A stretch of 64,000 nt of DNA from an uncultured delta proteobacterium (GTDB lineage Bacteria; Desulfobacterota; Binatia; Binatales; Binataceae), in NCBI GenBank assembly GCA_963724765.1, contig CAVRVY010000003.1, forward strand, positions 1,440,001 through 1,504,000, read 5' to 3'. Numbering within the stretch: the stretch's first letter is position 1; the number at the start of each line of letters is the position of its first letter. The notes under the pieces are model-generated. The model was not told the DNA's origin, ran no database searches, and worked only from the letters and a program-made list of their open reading frames with translations. A program made the translations under genes and the position numbers. Positions 8,987 through 18,893 of the stretch are shown piece after piece.

Positions 8987-9928
8987 CTACTTCTTGCCGC
9001 CGGCGCGCCGGCGCGCGCCGCCGCCCGCGCGCGCTGCGCGGGCAGGCGCCTTGGCGCCGCCGGTGCCGGTCGCCTTGGCCGCCTCGGCCTCCGCACCGGC
9101 TGCGGCGGCGGACTCGGAGCCTGCCCCTTGGGCACTCGCCGCGCCGGCCGCGCCGCGCTTTTCGAGCGAGGCCTTCAGCGCCGCCATAAGGTCGATCACC
9201 TGGCCGCGGCGCGGCTCCTCGTGCGCCTCGGTCACCTGTTGGCCGGCGATCTTCTGCTGCGCCGCCTCCTCGACCTTCTCGCGGAAGGTGTCGTGATACT
9301 TCGAGAGGTCGATTTTCTTGCTGGTCAATTCGCCAATCAGCCGCTCGGCCAGGGCAAGTTCGCTCTCCCTGGCGGCCTCATTGGTCGCGCGATCGATGTC
9401 TTCGACCGGACGCACCTCGTCGGCGTAGTAGACCGTATGCATCATGAGCCCTTTTTCGTAGGGCCGCAGCACCACCACGTGCTCCTTGCCGCGGAGCGTG
9501 TAACGCCCCAGCGCGACGCGCCCCGTCTTGGTCATCGCGTCGGTGAGCAGGCGATAGGCTTTCGCGGACGCCTGTTCGCATCCGAGGTAGTACGAGGTCT
9601 CGAAATAAATCGGATCGATCTGCTCCAGCGGAACAAACTCGGTGATCTCGATCGAATGCTCGCCGCCATGCGCTTCCAGGGCCTTCAGTTCTTCGTCGGT
9701 GAAAGTGACGTAGCGATCCTTGGCGACTTCGTAGCCACGCACCAGCTCGCTGCGGTCGATGATCGTGCCCTCGACCGGGCAGAAGATTTTCTGCTGGATA
9801 CGGCTTAGGTCCTTGGCGTGCAGCAGGTTAAAGCTCACCGACTTTGACCGCGTCGCCGGGAACAGGCGGACAGGGATCGAAACCAGGCCGAACGAGATGT
9901 TGCCGTTGCCGACGGGACGTGATGCCAT
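8987..9928 (-). CDS. ku: Non-homologous end-joining protein Ku
   Basis: GNISFGLVSIPVRL, ELVRGYEV, IDPIYFETSYYL, VIDLMAALKASL, basic C-tail; GGAGG RBS at 9936-9940. Confidence 0.97.
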   Translation of the reverse strand: MASRPVGNGNISFGLVSIPVRLFPATRSKSVSFNLLHAKDLSRIQQKIFCPVEGTIIDRSELVRGYEVAKDRYVTFTDEELKALEAHGGEHSIEITEFVPLEQIDPIYFETSYYLGCEQASAKAYRLLTDAMTKTGRVALGRYTLRGKEHVVVLRPYEKGLMMHTVYYADEVRPVEDIDRATNEAARESELALAERLIGELTSKKIDLSKYHDTFREKVEEAAQQKIAGQQVTEAHEEPRRGQVIDLMAALKASLEKRGAAGAASAQGAGSESAAAAGAEAEAAKATGTGGAKAPARAARAGGGARRRAGGKK

Positions 9929-10199
9929 TTGACGACCTCCCCGATACTTCTAGCTTAGCGACAGGATCGCGGCGGAGGCCATAGCGATCCGGAGCAAAAG
10001 CTCTCCGGCGAAGATTGGACGAAAACGATGCCGCTCGAAGAGTATCGGCGCAAACTCAGCGCCGACAGCACGTCCGAGCCATTCGGCGAGTCGCCGCGCC
10101 TGGGCAGTCGCGGCGGGGGCATGTTCGTCATACGGATCATCGAGTCCGCGCTGCCGAAAGTCGAATCGATGCTGCATGAAAAATAGCGCAGCACAAAAT

Positions 10200-10411
10200 G
10201 ACTAGTCAGTTATCGTTAATTGCACCTACCAAAACGGCAGATGCGCGCTACGTCACTAGAAGATTAAGACAAGGAAGCGAAGAACAGACATTCGGCGCTT
10301 CCTCGCTCGACCCCCACCTGCATCTTCCTCCAGGACACGGGGGAGGAGGCCAGAGTCAGAAGAGCTCGACCATTATTCGAGGAGAAACGCAGAAGCGCTC
10401 GACTAGTCAGT
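10200..10411. repeat. 11-bp direct repeats (GACTAGTCAGT) flanking a ~190-bp lower-GC segment with a REP-like hairpin remnant
   Basis: GACTAGTCAGT at 10200-10210 and 10401-10411; internal CCCCCACCTGCATCTTCCTCC..GGGGGAGGAGG. Confidence 0.45.
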
Positions 10412-11432
10412 CGCCGTCGAAGCCATGAAGCTCGCGCACCACGTACAGCGGGCGGCCTTTGACCTCGTTATAGACCCGGCCCATGTACTCGCCCAGGATG
10501 CCGAGCGTGATGAGCTGGATTCCGCCGAGGAACAGCAGCACCACCATCAGCGAGGTGTAGCCCGGCACGTCGACGTCGTGGAGCACCTTCCTTACCGCGA
10601 GCACCACCGCGTAGAGAAACGCCAAAGCCGAAATCGTGAAGCCGAAGTAGCTCCAGACCTTGAGCGGGAATGAGCTGAACGAGGTAATCCCGTCCATCGC
10701 GAAGTTCCACAGCCGCCAGTAGTTCCACTTGGTGCCGCCGGCCTGGCGCTCCTCGCGTTCGTAGTAGATCGCGGTCTGCCTGAAGCCGACCCATGCGAAC
10801 AGTCCTTTCATGAAGCGCGTGCGTTCCGGCAGCCGGACCATCACGTCCACCACGCGGCGGTCGAGCAGGCGGAAGTCGCCGGTGTCGCGCGGAATCGGCA
10901 CGTCGGCGATGGCCTCGAAGACGCGGTAGAAAAAATGCGCCGTGGTGCGCTTGAGCCAGCTGTCGCCCGGCCTCAGTTTGCGGGTCGCGTAGACCACGTC
11001 GTAGCCCTCGCGCCACAGCGTCACCATCTGCTCGATAAGCTCGGGCGGGTCCTGCAGGTCGGCGTCGAGCGGCACCACCGCGCGTCCGCGCGCGTAATCC
11101 AGGCCGGCGCTGAGCGCGATATCCTTGCCGAAGCTGCGCGAGAGGCTGATGATTCTGATCGCGGGGTTGCGCGTGCGATGCTCTAATAGACCGGCCAGCG
11201 TGTCGTCGGTGCTGCCGTCGTTGACCACCACAATTTCGTAGCTGAGCCCCAGCCGTTCCATCACCTTGGCGAGGCGCTCGAAGAGGCGGTCGAGTACCGG
11301 CGCCTCGTTGAACATCGGCACGACTATGGAGAGTTCAGGCGCGACCTCCATTGCCGCCATCGGTACGGTGACGCGGCCCGCGCCCGAGGCGGGCTCCAGA
11401 TGCGTCGGCTCGAGCGCCCCCTTCATCGCCAT
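10407..11432 (-). CDS. GT2 polyprenyl-phosphate glycosyltransferase (GtrB/ArnC-like)
   Basis: LSIVVPMFNE, VNDGSTD, LSRSFGK, DADLQDPPE, TGDFRLLDR, two C-terminal TMs, GEYMGRVY. Start uncertain. Confidence 0.93.
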   Translation of the reverse strand: MAMKGALEPTHLEPASGAGRVTVPMAAMEVAPELSIVVPMFNEAPVLDRLFERLAKVMERLGLSYEIVVVNDGSTDDTLAGLLEHRTRNPAIRIISLSRSFGKDIALSAGLDYARGRAVVPLDADLQDPPELIEQMVTLWREGYDVVYATRKLRPGDSWLKRTTAHFFYRVFEAIADVPIPRDTGDFRLLDRRVVDVMVRLPERTRFMKGLFAWVGFRQTAIYYEREERQAGGTKWNYWRLWNFAMDGITSFSSFPLKVWSYFGFTISALAFLYAVVLAVRKVLHDVDVPGYTSLMVVLLFLGGIQLITLGILGEYMGRVYNEVKGRPLYVVRELHGFDGD

Positions 11433-11466
11433 CCCGCGCGCATGCGGCGCTGCGTGCACTGGACGC

Positions 11467-13092
11467 TCATCTGGGCGCCGCGCCGTCCGCCCTGCGCACC
11501 GCGAACAGGTCGTAGTAAGTGGTTCCGACGCGTGGATAGCGCTTGATCAGATTCAGGCATGGCCTCCCCCCGGCTCCGCCCCATCGCCGCTCGTCGCGGT
11601 CATCGATCATGAGATAATCGGCCAGGCGATGCGCCGCAAGCCACCCGCAAAGGTCCTCGCCCGCGGCAGGTTCGGCTGGCAGCGGAATAAAGCCGGCGCC
11701 GGCGTAAAAGGCCACCCGCGTGTCGGGTCCCGCCACAGTCGAAGGCGCGCCGCCGCGCCGTGCGATTTCCTCGCCGGCGTAACGCATCCCACGCTGATCG
11801 TAGCCGAGCGGGAACAGCGTGCGCGGCAACAGCGCGAGCGCGACCACGGCCACGACCATCGGACCCGCGAGCATGCGTCCCAGCGGCGAGTGAGTCAGCG
11901 ATAAGCGCGCGTCAAGCCATCCTGCCGCCTCGACCAGCCCGATCGCGACCCATCCGAGCGTAAATGGCACCAGGTGAAGCATCAGGCGCGGCCCGGTGTC
12001 GGTCAGCACGAAGCCCACGAAGTACATCACGACCAGCAGGGCAAGCATCGCCTCGGCCCAGCGCGCGGCAATCGCCTGGCCATTGGCCCACAGTCCGATA
12101 ATCAGTCCTACGCAAAGCAGCGGGCCGAGCGCCTGGGCGAACGAATAGCACGAGCCGAAAAAGTCGCGCCCGACTTTTTTCAGATAGGCCGCCGGATCGA
12201 GCCTGAGCGCGGTCAGCCAGGAGGTCGACGGCCTATAGCCCATCTCGCGCCATTGCTCGAGTTGGCCCATCGTCGAGCCGGTCGCCTCCATCGTCACCAC
12301 GCCGAGTTCGCGGCCGACCGTCCAGTGGCCCGTGTACGCGCGCATCCAGACCAGGTATGGCGCGGCGACCAGCAGGAATGTTGCGGTGAGGACGGCGGCG
12401 GCGCCGAGGCCCCATCGCAGAGTCCATCGCCGCCACACGAACGCGCCGCCGATCAGGATGACGACGGCCAAGGCGGGAACCCCGATTCCCTCGGTGCGAT
12501 AGAGGTAGCCGAGTCCGCAAAGAACCGCGGCGGCAGCGACGCTCGCGATACGTTTGCGTTCCACACCGCGGACCAGGAACAACATCGCCGCGGTTACCAG
12601 CGCGATGTAACCGGCCTCGGTGCGCACCGAGGCCGCGAAGCCCGCGAGCATCGGATGGATCGCGCCGAGCGCGGCAGCTCCGGCCGCCACGCCGCGGCGG
12701 CCATAAACCTCGAGCATCAGGAAATAGAGCAGCACGACGCCGGCCGTGCCGAATGCCATGGACAACAGCTCGCCGGCGAGTTCCCAGTTCGGAATTGCCC
12801 GATAGGTTATCGAAATTAGCCAGGGGTACAGTGGCGAGAATACCCAGGCGAGCGCGTTTTGGGCGCGCCCCGCGTGAAACTCGCGCGCCATCGCGATATA
12901 TGCGACGCCGTCAGCCGCGATGCAGTAGCTGGTGAGAAGCAGGTAGAGACGGATCAGCGCCGCCGCGGCTGCGAGCGCGCCGACTACGCGGCGCTCGGAG
13001 TAGCGCGACAGCCATCGCGTGAAGCGATCGGCGCCGACTAAGCCTTCGGGATACCTTTGCGCAAGCGAGGCGCCGCGAGTCACGAGCCCCAT
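11467..13092 (-). CDS. GT-C fold membrane glycosyltransferase (ArnT/PMT-like)
   Basis: Many TMs, ADGVAYIAMAR, SPLYPWL, VRTEAG, YRTEG; directly upstream of the GtrB-like gene. Start uncertain. Confidence 0.8.
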   Translation of the reverse strand: MGLVTRGASLAQRYPEGLVGADRFTRWLSRYSERRVVGALAAAAALIRLYLLLTSYCIAADGVAYIAMAREFHAGRAQNALAWVFSPLYPWLISITYRAIPNWELAGELLSMAFGTAGVVLLYFLMLEVYGRRGVAAGAAALGAIHPMLAGFAASVRTEAGYIALVTAAMLFLVRGVERKRIASVAAAAVLCGLGYLYRTEGIGVPALAVVILIGGAFVWRRWTLRWGLGAAAVLTATFLLVAAPYLVWMRAYTGHWTVGRELGVVTMEATGSTMGQLEQWREMGYRPSTSWLTALRLDPAAYLKKVGRDFFGSCYSFAQALGPLLCVGLIIGLWANGQAIAARWAEAMLALLVVMYFVGFVLTDTGPRLMLHLVPFTLGWVAIGLVEAAGWLDARLSLTHSPLGRMLAGPMVVAVVALALLPRTLFPLGYDQRGMRYAGEEIARRGGAPSTVAGPDTRVAFYAGAGFIPLPAEPAAGEDLCGWLAAHRLADYLMIDDRDERRWGGAGGRPCLNLIKRYPRVGTTYYDLFAVRRADGAAPR

Positions 13093-13275
13093 CACGTCCC
13101 CGTATCCTACGCGTTCGGGACGCAAGGGCGAACCGCCACGGCGATAGCGCACCGGCGCCGAGCCGCGCGCAGTCATTTTTTCTGGCCCGGTGCGTGACCC
13201 GCTTCGTGACCTGCGACTTGGGGCAGGCCCTATCCGGGCCCGCCCCAAGTGGCTAAGAAAGTGAGCTTGCGGACA

Positions 13276-13476
13276 CTAGCGGCGCAATACCTTGGCGGCC
13301 TGAAGCCCTTTGGGCCCCTGGGCGACCTCGAATTGGACTTCCTCGCCTTGCTCCAGCGAGCGGAAGCCGTTGCCGTCGATGGAAGTGTAGTGGACGAATA
13401 CCTCCTGTCCGTCTTCCATAGTAATGAAGCCGTAGCCTTTCTTGGAACTGAACCACTTGACTACACCGTTAGACAT
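13276..13476 (-). CDS. cspA: Cold-shock domain protein
   Basis: GVVKWFSSKKGYGFI, EVFVHYTSI, GFRSLEQG, GPKGLQA. Confidence 0.96.
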   Translation of the reverse strand: MSNGVVKWFSSKKGYGFITMEDGQEVFVHYTSIDGNGFRSLEQGEEVQFEVAQGPKGLQAAKVLRR

Positions 13477-13650
13477 CTCCCCCGAGACCTCCTAGCCCGT
13501 AACCGTTCCTCCTCGTAACTGGCCCGCGAGGGCCTCCTGCCCATATGGGTCACCGGCGCGCATATACCATAACGGCGCGCCTCAAACCAAGCGGAATGAT
13601 GTATTTTTGCCGCGACTTATCGAACAGGCTATCGGGCGCGAAAGAACTGC

Positions 13651-13941
13651 CTAGCCGCGCCAGAAACGCGGGCGGGCGTGGATATGACAATGGTCGGGAA
13701 TCTGGCGCATCACTCCGTCTATAACGAATTTGTCGTCGCCATACTTGGCGCGCGCCACTGCCGAGAGCGCGTCGATCATGAGGGCGCGCTCGGCCTCAGT
13801 CGCGGTGGCGCGATGCTCTCCGAGCACCGCCATCGGCGTGTCGCACGAGTCGCAATCGAGAATAGTGAACGCCACGGGATGGACGAAGCGGGCGTAATGT
13901 TGGGTATACTCGCGCAGCTCGCAGAGTTCGCACTTGGCCAT
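13651..13941 (-). CDS. Small HIT-like, putative zinc-binding protein
   Basis: CELC and CDSC motifs, C-terminal QIPDHCHIHAR (HxHxH). Confidence 0.7.
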   Translation of the reverse strand: MAKCELCELREYTQHYARFVHPVAFTILDCDSCDTPMAVLGEHRATATEAERALMIDALSAVARAKYGDDKFVIDGVMRQIPDHCHIHARPRFWRG

Positions 13942-14014
13942 GAGTCAAGATTTAGCCGCTAGTGATTGGCGCAACAAGAGAGCTTTGCGTAACTGACAGC
14001 GTCCCTTCTAATGT

Positions 14015-14157
14015 CCTCTCCTTGTCCAAGGAGAAGGTTAGGGAGAGGTTCGATCGATTTCGCGACCCGCTCGAAATGGCTGTGGCGCAACGAAATTCGG
14101 ACGGACCTCTCCCGCGCTCGCGCTGCTTGCGGCAGCCTCTCCCTGGACAAGGAGAGG
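14015..14157. repeat. REP/MITE-like palindromic element
   Basis: CCTCTCCTTGTCCAAGGAGAAGG..GGGAGAGGT at left and near-inverted ACCTCTCCC..CCTCTCCCTGGACAAGGAGAGG at right; each end is itself a hairpin; intergenic. Confidence 0.7.
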
Positions 14158-14221
14158 CTAAGGAAAGAGCCCGCGCTGCCGCGAGCCTGTCGCTCGCAGC
14201 GTACGTCAAAGTGCGCAAATC

Positions 14222-14512
14222 CTAATGCGCAGCGGGAGCCGCCGCCGGACTCGCCATCGCTGCGGGGCTCGCCATCGCCGCCGGGCTGGCCATGCCTGCG
14301 GCCGCCTTGGCGGCCTTGCGGCAGCGATAGACGCTGCTTTTGGAGATCTTCATGTCCTTGGCGACCTCGGAGACCTTCTTGCCGCCCTGGAGTTCCGTCA
14401 TCACCTGCGAGCAGTCAACCTTGCTGGCGGCGTAAGCGTTGGAGAGGCCGAACTGCAGGGCCAACGCGGCCGCGACGGCAAACGAGGCAACCAAAATCAG
14501 CTTTTTCTTCAC
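14222..14512 (-). CDS. Small exported protein with HTH-like motif and (MASPAA)3 tail
   Basis: GGAGGA RBS then GTG; KKK + hydrophobic + AYA signal; GKKVSEVAKDMKISKSSVYRC; 18-nt tandem repeats at the 3' end. Confidence 0.8.
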   Translation of the reverse strand: MKKKLILVASFAVAAALALQFGLSNAYAASKVDCSQVMTELQGGKKVSEVAKDMKISKSSVYRCRKAAKAAAGMASPAAMASPAAMASPAAAPAAH

Positions 14513-14614
14513 GATGTTCCTCCGCGCGTTGAAGTGCCGTCTAAAAAAACCCACCGCAGTATCTCAAAAATGTCAAAGTTCTAAAAGGATAAAATCTAAA
14601 AAAGTTGGCCGCGG

Positions 14615-15631
14615 CTAGAACTCGATCATCACTTTGCTCTGGTTGGTAGGAAGCGCGAGCGCCGCAAAGGCCTTGGGCAGATCGTCGAGCCCCATCGTAT
14701 GCGTGATCATTGGCGCGGTGGCGACGCGGCCGGCCGCGAGCGCCGCAATCGCCATCTCGACCTCGGTCCGCTCCATGCCGAGCGAAAAGCGCATGTCCAG
14801 CTCCTTGCTCATCGCCGTGATCGGCGCAAAGCCGTCGTCTTCGGTGCACACGCCGATTATCACCACGCGGCTTGCGCGCTGCGCGTATGCGATCGCTTCA
14901 GCCATCGCACCCGGGGCGCCGATACACTCGAAAATCACCTGCGGTCCCGCGCCGGTAAGTGACTCGACCTTGCCAGCCGGATTATGCATGCGCGGGTCGA
15001 CCGCAGCGTCGGCGCCCATCTTGAGCGCAAGGCGGCGGCGAGACTCGCTGAGTTCGGAGACGACGATTGCGCGTGCGCCGGCGAAGCGCGCCCACAGCAT
15101 CGTGGCGATCCCGATCGGTCCCGCGCCCATCACCACGGCGCTCTCGCCCGCCTGGAAGCCAGCGCGATGCAGCCCGTGTAGTCCGACCACCAGCGGCTCG
15201 ACTGTGGCGGCCTCGCGAAAGCTCATCCCCGGCGGCATCTTGAACACGCTCCCCGGCCGGGTTTTCACCAGCTCCGCGTAGGCGCCCGGGACCTCGCCGA
15301 AGCCGACCAGCCTGACCTCGCGGCAGCGCTGCGCCTCGCCTAAACGGCAGGGCTCGCAACCGCCGCATCCGACATACGACATCGCCACGACTGGGTCGCC
15401 GCGCTCGAAACCCTCGACGCCGTCGCCGAGCGTCTCGACGACGCCTGAGAATTCGTGGCCCATGATGGTTCCCGGCGGCATGCGGAAATTGCGCCCCGCG
15501 GCGTGCAGATCGGAGCCGCAAATGCCGGCGGCTTTCACCCGCACCACGAGTTCGCCTGGACCGGCGATCGGATCGGGAACCTCTGCGATCTCCAGCGGCG
15601 CGCCGGGGACCAGGTACACGCAAGCCTTCAT
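14615..15631 (-). CDS. Zinc-dependent alcohol/polyol dehydrogenase (MDR family)
   Basis: GICGSDLH, GHEFSG, CGGCEPC..C, GAGPIG. ATG at 15631 overlaps the upstream TGA (ATGA). Confidence 0.93.
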   Translation of the reverse strand: MKACVYLVPGAPLEIAEVPDPIAGPGELVVRVKAAGICGSDLHAAGRNFRMPPGTIMGHEFSGVVETLGDGVEGFERGDPVVAMSYVGCGGCEPCRLGEAQRCREVRLVGFGEVPGAYAELVKTRPGSVFKMPPGMSFREAATVEPLVVGLHGLHRAGFQAGESAVVMGAGPIGIATMLWARFAGARAIVVSELSESRRRLALKMGADAAVDPRMHNPAGKVESLTGAGPQVIFECIGAPGAMAEAIAYAQRASRVVIIGVCTEDDGFAPITAMSKELDMRFSLGMERTEVEMAIAALAAGRVATAPMITHTMGLDDLPKAFAALALPTNQSKVMIEF

Positions 15632-16431
15632 TTGCTGCGGGTGCTTGGGAACGACGGGACGCGCCGATCCTTGAGCGCCGCCACGCCCTCGTGCAGGTCG
15701 TCGCTGAAAAATCCCAGCATCTCCATCGCCAACAACGCGTCGAAGGCTGGCCCGAACATCCGGAGCCAGTTGTTGAGCGAGCGCTTGGTGAAGCGCAACG
15801 CCTGCTGCGGGCCGCGGGCGAGCTTTTGCGCGACCTCCATCGCCTTGTCCATCAACTGATCGGCCGGCACGCACAGACTGACCAGGCCGACGCGCTCGGC
15901 CTCCTTGCCGTCGATGAAATCGGCGGTGAGCAGGTAGTACTTGGCCTTGGCCATCCCGCACAGCAGCGGCCAGATGATCACCGCATGGTCGCCGGCGCCC
16001 ACGCCGAGGCGGATATGGCCATCCGTGATGCGCATGTTCTCCGACGCGATCGAAATGTCCGCCATGAACGCCACCGCGAGGCCGGCGCCCACGGCGACGC
16101 CGTTGATCGCGGAGATGATCGGCTTGTCGAGATTGATCATGTTGTAGACGATGTCGCCGGCCTCGCGCCACGCCTGCCCGATGTTGGCCGCGCTGCCCGC
16201 CATCCGCTCGATCATCTCAAGGTCGCCGCCGGCCGAGAACGCGCGCCCCTTGCCGGTGATCACGACCACGCGGGTTTCGGCGTCCTCGTCGATATCTTTC
16301 CAGACCCGGCTCAACTCCCAGTGCAGGAGGTTGTTGGTGGCGTTGAGAACGTCGGGACGGTTGATCGTGATGAGCAGGATTCCGTCGTCGCGGTGCTCGA
16401 AGAGCAGATGCTGATATTCTTCGTATTTCAT
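15628..16431 (-). CDS. Enoyl-CoA hydratase/isomerase family protein
   Basis: [43 protein letters not shown]. Confidence 0.95.
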   Translation of the reverse strand: MKYEEYQHLLFEHRDDGILLITINRPDVLNATNNLLHWELSRVWKDIDEDAETRVVVITGKGRAFSAGGDLEMIERMAGSAANIGQAWREAGDIVYNMINLDKPIISAINGVAVGAGLAVAFMADISIASENMRITDGHIRLGVGAGDHAVIIWPLLCGMAKAKYYLLTADFIDGKEAERVGLVSLCVPADQLMDKAMEVAQKLARGPQQALRFTKRSLNNWLRMFGPAFDALLAMEMLGFFSDDLHEGVAALKDRRVPSFPSTRSK

Positions 16432-16554
16432 CGGAGCCTCCGAATCGATTGGCTGGTGTCTTCCTTAGCGCAGCGCGCGCGTTTCCTCAAAGCGCTGCGG
16501 CGCTTGAGGATAATCGAAACGGCGCAATCCGGCGAACCGCGCGCGCTCAGGCTA

Positions 16555-17850
16555 TCACGAAGGGTTCAGAGTCATGCGGCGCGGAGAGGTTGTGGCCTGC
16601 ACCGTCGGCAGGAATCGTTCCTTGAACGCCTCGGCGGAGAGCTTCGCGCGCGCGGCGAGCCGCGACAGCGCCGGCTCCTCGAAGTCCTGCGGCTCGAGCC
16701 GCGTCATATATGAGCGCGCGACCTCGTACGACTCGGTGCTCACGTCGACCAGGCGCACCCTGATCCGTCCGGTGGTCGGGTCGACGAGTTCGGCAAAATC
16801 GACCGGCGTCACGCGCCCGCCCGCGATCGCGATGAGCGCGCCCGAACCTCCGCTTAGCAGATAGCGCACTGCGCCATAGCCGAGCGTACGCGTATATTCG
16901 GCGTCGAACGGCAAGGGCTTCGCGCAGCGCAACTCGTAGCCGATGTCCTTGGTGACCACGGTGGCCCCGATCCCGAGTTGCTTGAGCGCCGCGCGCACGC
17001 GGTCGCGCAGCAGGTAGCCGAGCGGGATGTCCGCGATATGCACGTGGCCGTAAGCGTCGGCCTCGGAGCCCACCGCATTGGGCAGGGTGCCGGGGTCCAT
17101 CCGCTCGGCGATACCTTCGGCGACTACCGCCACGCCGTCGTCATAGCCCTCGGCGAGGCGTTTGATTATCGCGCCCACGATAGTGTCGACGACCAGCGAA
17201 AGCTCAAAGCGCTCGCCGTGGAACTCCTCCAGGATGACCGCCAGCGTTGCGCCGGAGGACTTGCACATGCTGAGCGCGAGCGAACCGGATTTCCGGCCCA
17301 TCGAGATTGCGAGGTACCATCTGCCGGTGGTGCGCGCGTCCACCATCAGCGATTCGACGATCGTGGTGCCGACGGCGCGCGCGGTCTCGAAACCAAAGGT
17401 CGGGGCATTCTCGGGCAGTGGCAGATCGTTGTCGATCGTTTTCGGTACCGTGACCACGCCGATTTTGCCGCGGGTGCGCTCGGCGATTCTGAAGGCGCCG
17501 TAGGTCGTGTCGTCGCCGCCGATACAGACCAGGTAGCGGATGCCGAGCGTCTCCAGCGCGCCGATCGCGCGCGTGAGGCTCGCTTCATCGCGCGCCGGGT
17601 TGGTGCGCGAGGTGCGCAGGATCGAACCCCCGGTGGAATGGACCTGGCTCACCTCGTCGAGCTTGAGTTCGACCACGTGCGAGGTGTCGCCCTCGACCAG
17701 CCATCGATAGCCGTCGCGCAGCCCCACTACGCGCAGGCCGCAGTTAATCGCCTCGATCGCGGCCGAAGAAATCACCCCGTTGATTCCGGGGGCGGGCCCC
17801 CCACCGACCAGAATCCCAAGAGTGGCCTGGCTATCACCGTCGCGCTGCAT
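16555..17850 (-). CDS. pfp: 6-phosphofructokinase, probably PPi-dependent
   Basis: GGGPAPG, GGDDT (Asp typical of PPi-PFK), PKTIDNDL, MGRK, IGYELRC. Confidence 0.9.
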   Translation of the reverse strand: MQRDGDSQATLGILVGGGPAPGINGVISSAAIEAINCGLRVVGLRDGYRWLVEGDTSHVVELKLDEVSQVHSTGGSILRTSRTNPARDEASLTRAIGALETLGIRYLVCIGGDDTTYGAFRIAERTRGKIGVVTVPKTIDNDLPLPENAPTFGFETARAVGTTIVESLMVDARTTGRWYLAISMGRKSGSLALSMCKSSGATLAVILEEFHGERFELSLVVDTIVGAIIKRLAEGYDDGVAVVAEGIAERMDPGTLPNAVGSEADAYGHVHIADIPLGYLLRDRVRAALKQLGIGATVVTKDIGYELRCAKPLPFDAEYTRTLGYGAVRYLLSGGSGALIAIAGGRVTPVDFAELVDPTTGRIRVRLVDVSTESYEVARSYMTRLEPQDFEEPALSRLAARAKLSAEAFKERFLPTVQATTSPRRMTLNPS

Positions 17851-17909
17851 CGTTGAAAACCTTTGCCGGGCGCTCGTGATCGCCGGGCGGTACGGCGCGG
17901 GCGGCGCGA

Positions 17910-18836
17910 TCAGCGCGCGGACGCGCCCGCATAAATATCCATGATGGTGCCGAGCAGCTTGATCGCTTCGGCGCGCGGGCGCTGAAACGAGTTGCGCCCG
18001 ATGATCGAGCCGAAACCGCCGCCAGCCTTAATCGCGCGCACTTCGTCGAGCAGCTTTTCGTCGCTGACTTTCGGACCGCCCGAGAAGATCACGATACGGC
18101 GGCCGTCGAAACAGCTCTGCACGACGTTGGCGACGCGTGAGGCCTGCGTATCGAGCGGTACGCGGTTGGTCTCGTACGCCTTTTTGGCTTCGGGCTGCTC
18201 CAGATGCGCGGTCGGCAGCTTGACCTTAATGATGTTGGCGCCGAGCTGCGCCGCGATCTGCGCCGCGTAGGCGACCACGTCGATAGCGGTCTCGCCTTCC
18301 TTGCTGATGCCCGAGCCGCGCGGGTACGACCAGACCACCACCGCCAGGCCGTGCGCCTTGGCCTCCTCGGCGATCTCGCGCAACTGCTCGTACATCCGCA
18401 CGCACGCGGAAGAGCCGGGATAGATAGTGAAGCCGACCGCGGCGCAGCCCAGGCGCAGCGCATCCTTCACGCTGCCGGTGACGGCAGGTTCGGGGTCAGG
18501 CGAGTCGTGCAGCAGGTCATGGTTGTTGAGTTTGAGGATGAGCGGGATTTCACCGGCGAATTCGGCCGCGCCCGCCTCCAGGAAACCGAGCGGGGCTGCG
18601 TAGGCGTTGCATCCGGCGTCGCAGGCGAGCGAGAAATGGTAGCGCGGATCGTAGGCCGGCGGATTGGGCGCGAAACTGCGCGCCGGACCGTGCTCGAAGC
18701 CCTGGTCCACGGGCAGGATAACGAAGGTCCCGGTGCCTGCCAGCCGTCCGTGATTGATCATACGCGCAAGGTTGCTCAGCACGCCCGCGTTCTCTGAGCG
18801 GTAGAAATCCAGAATTTCCCTGGCACGCTTGGTCAT
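17910..18836 (-). CDS. fbaB: Class I (DhnA-type) fructose-bisphosphate aldolase
   Basis: ILPVDQGFEHGP, VVWSYPRG, LGANIIKVK, GSIIGRNSFQRP. Confidence 0.95.
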   Translation of the reverse strand: MTKRAREILDFYRSENAGVLSNLARMINHGRLAGTGTFVILPVDQGFEHGPARSFAPNPPAYDPRYHFSLACDAGCNAYAAPLGFLEAGAAEFAGEIPLILKLNNHDLLHDSPDPEPAVTGSVKDALRLGCAAVGFTIYPGSSACVRMYEQLREIAEEAKAHGLAVVVWSYPRGSGISKEGETAIDVVAYAAQIAAQLGANIIKVKLPTAHLEQPEAKKAYETNRVPLDTQASRVANVVQSCFDGRRIVIFSGGPKVSDEKLLDEVRAIKAGGGFGSIIGRNSFQRPRAEAIKLLGTIMDIYAGASAR

Positions 18837-18893
18837 AACCGCCTCCAATTCACAATTCGATGTTCCGAGTACCGCGTCCCGTGTGCGTTAACA

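Noticed and set aside
9950-10194. Two short minus-strand ORFs upstream of ku
   Set aside because: No motif, no clear RBS, and I cannot choose a frame; left unannotated.
15632-16171. 180-aa N-terminal extension of the dehydrogenase ORF
   Set aside because: Overlaps the enoyl-CoA hydratase in another frame; the ATGA-coupled start at 15631 fits the family.
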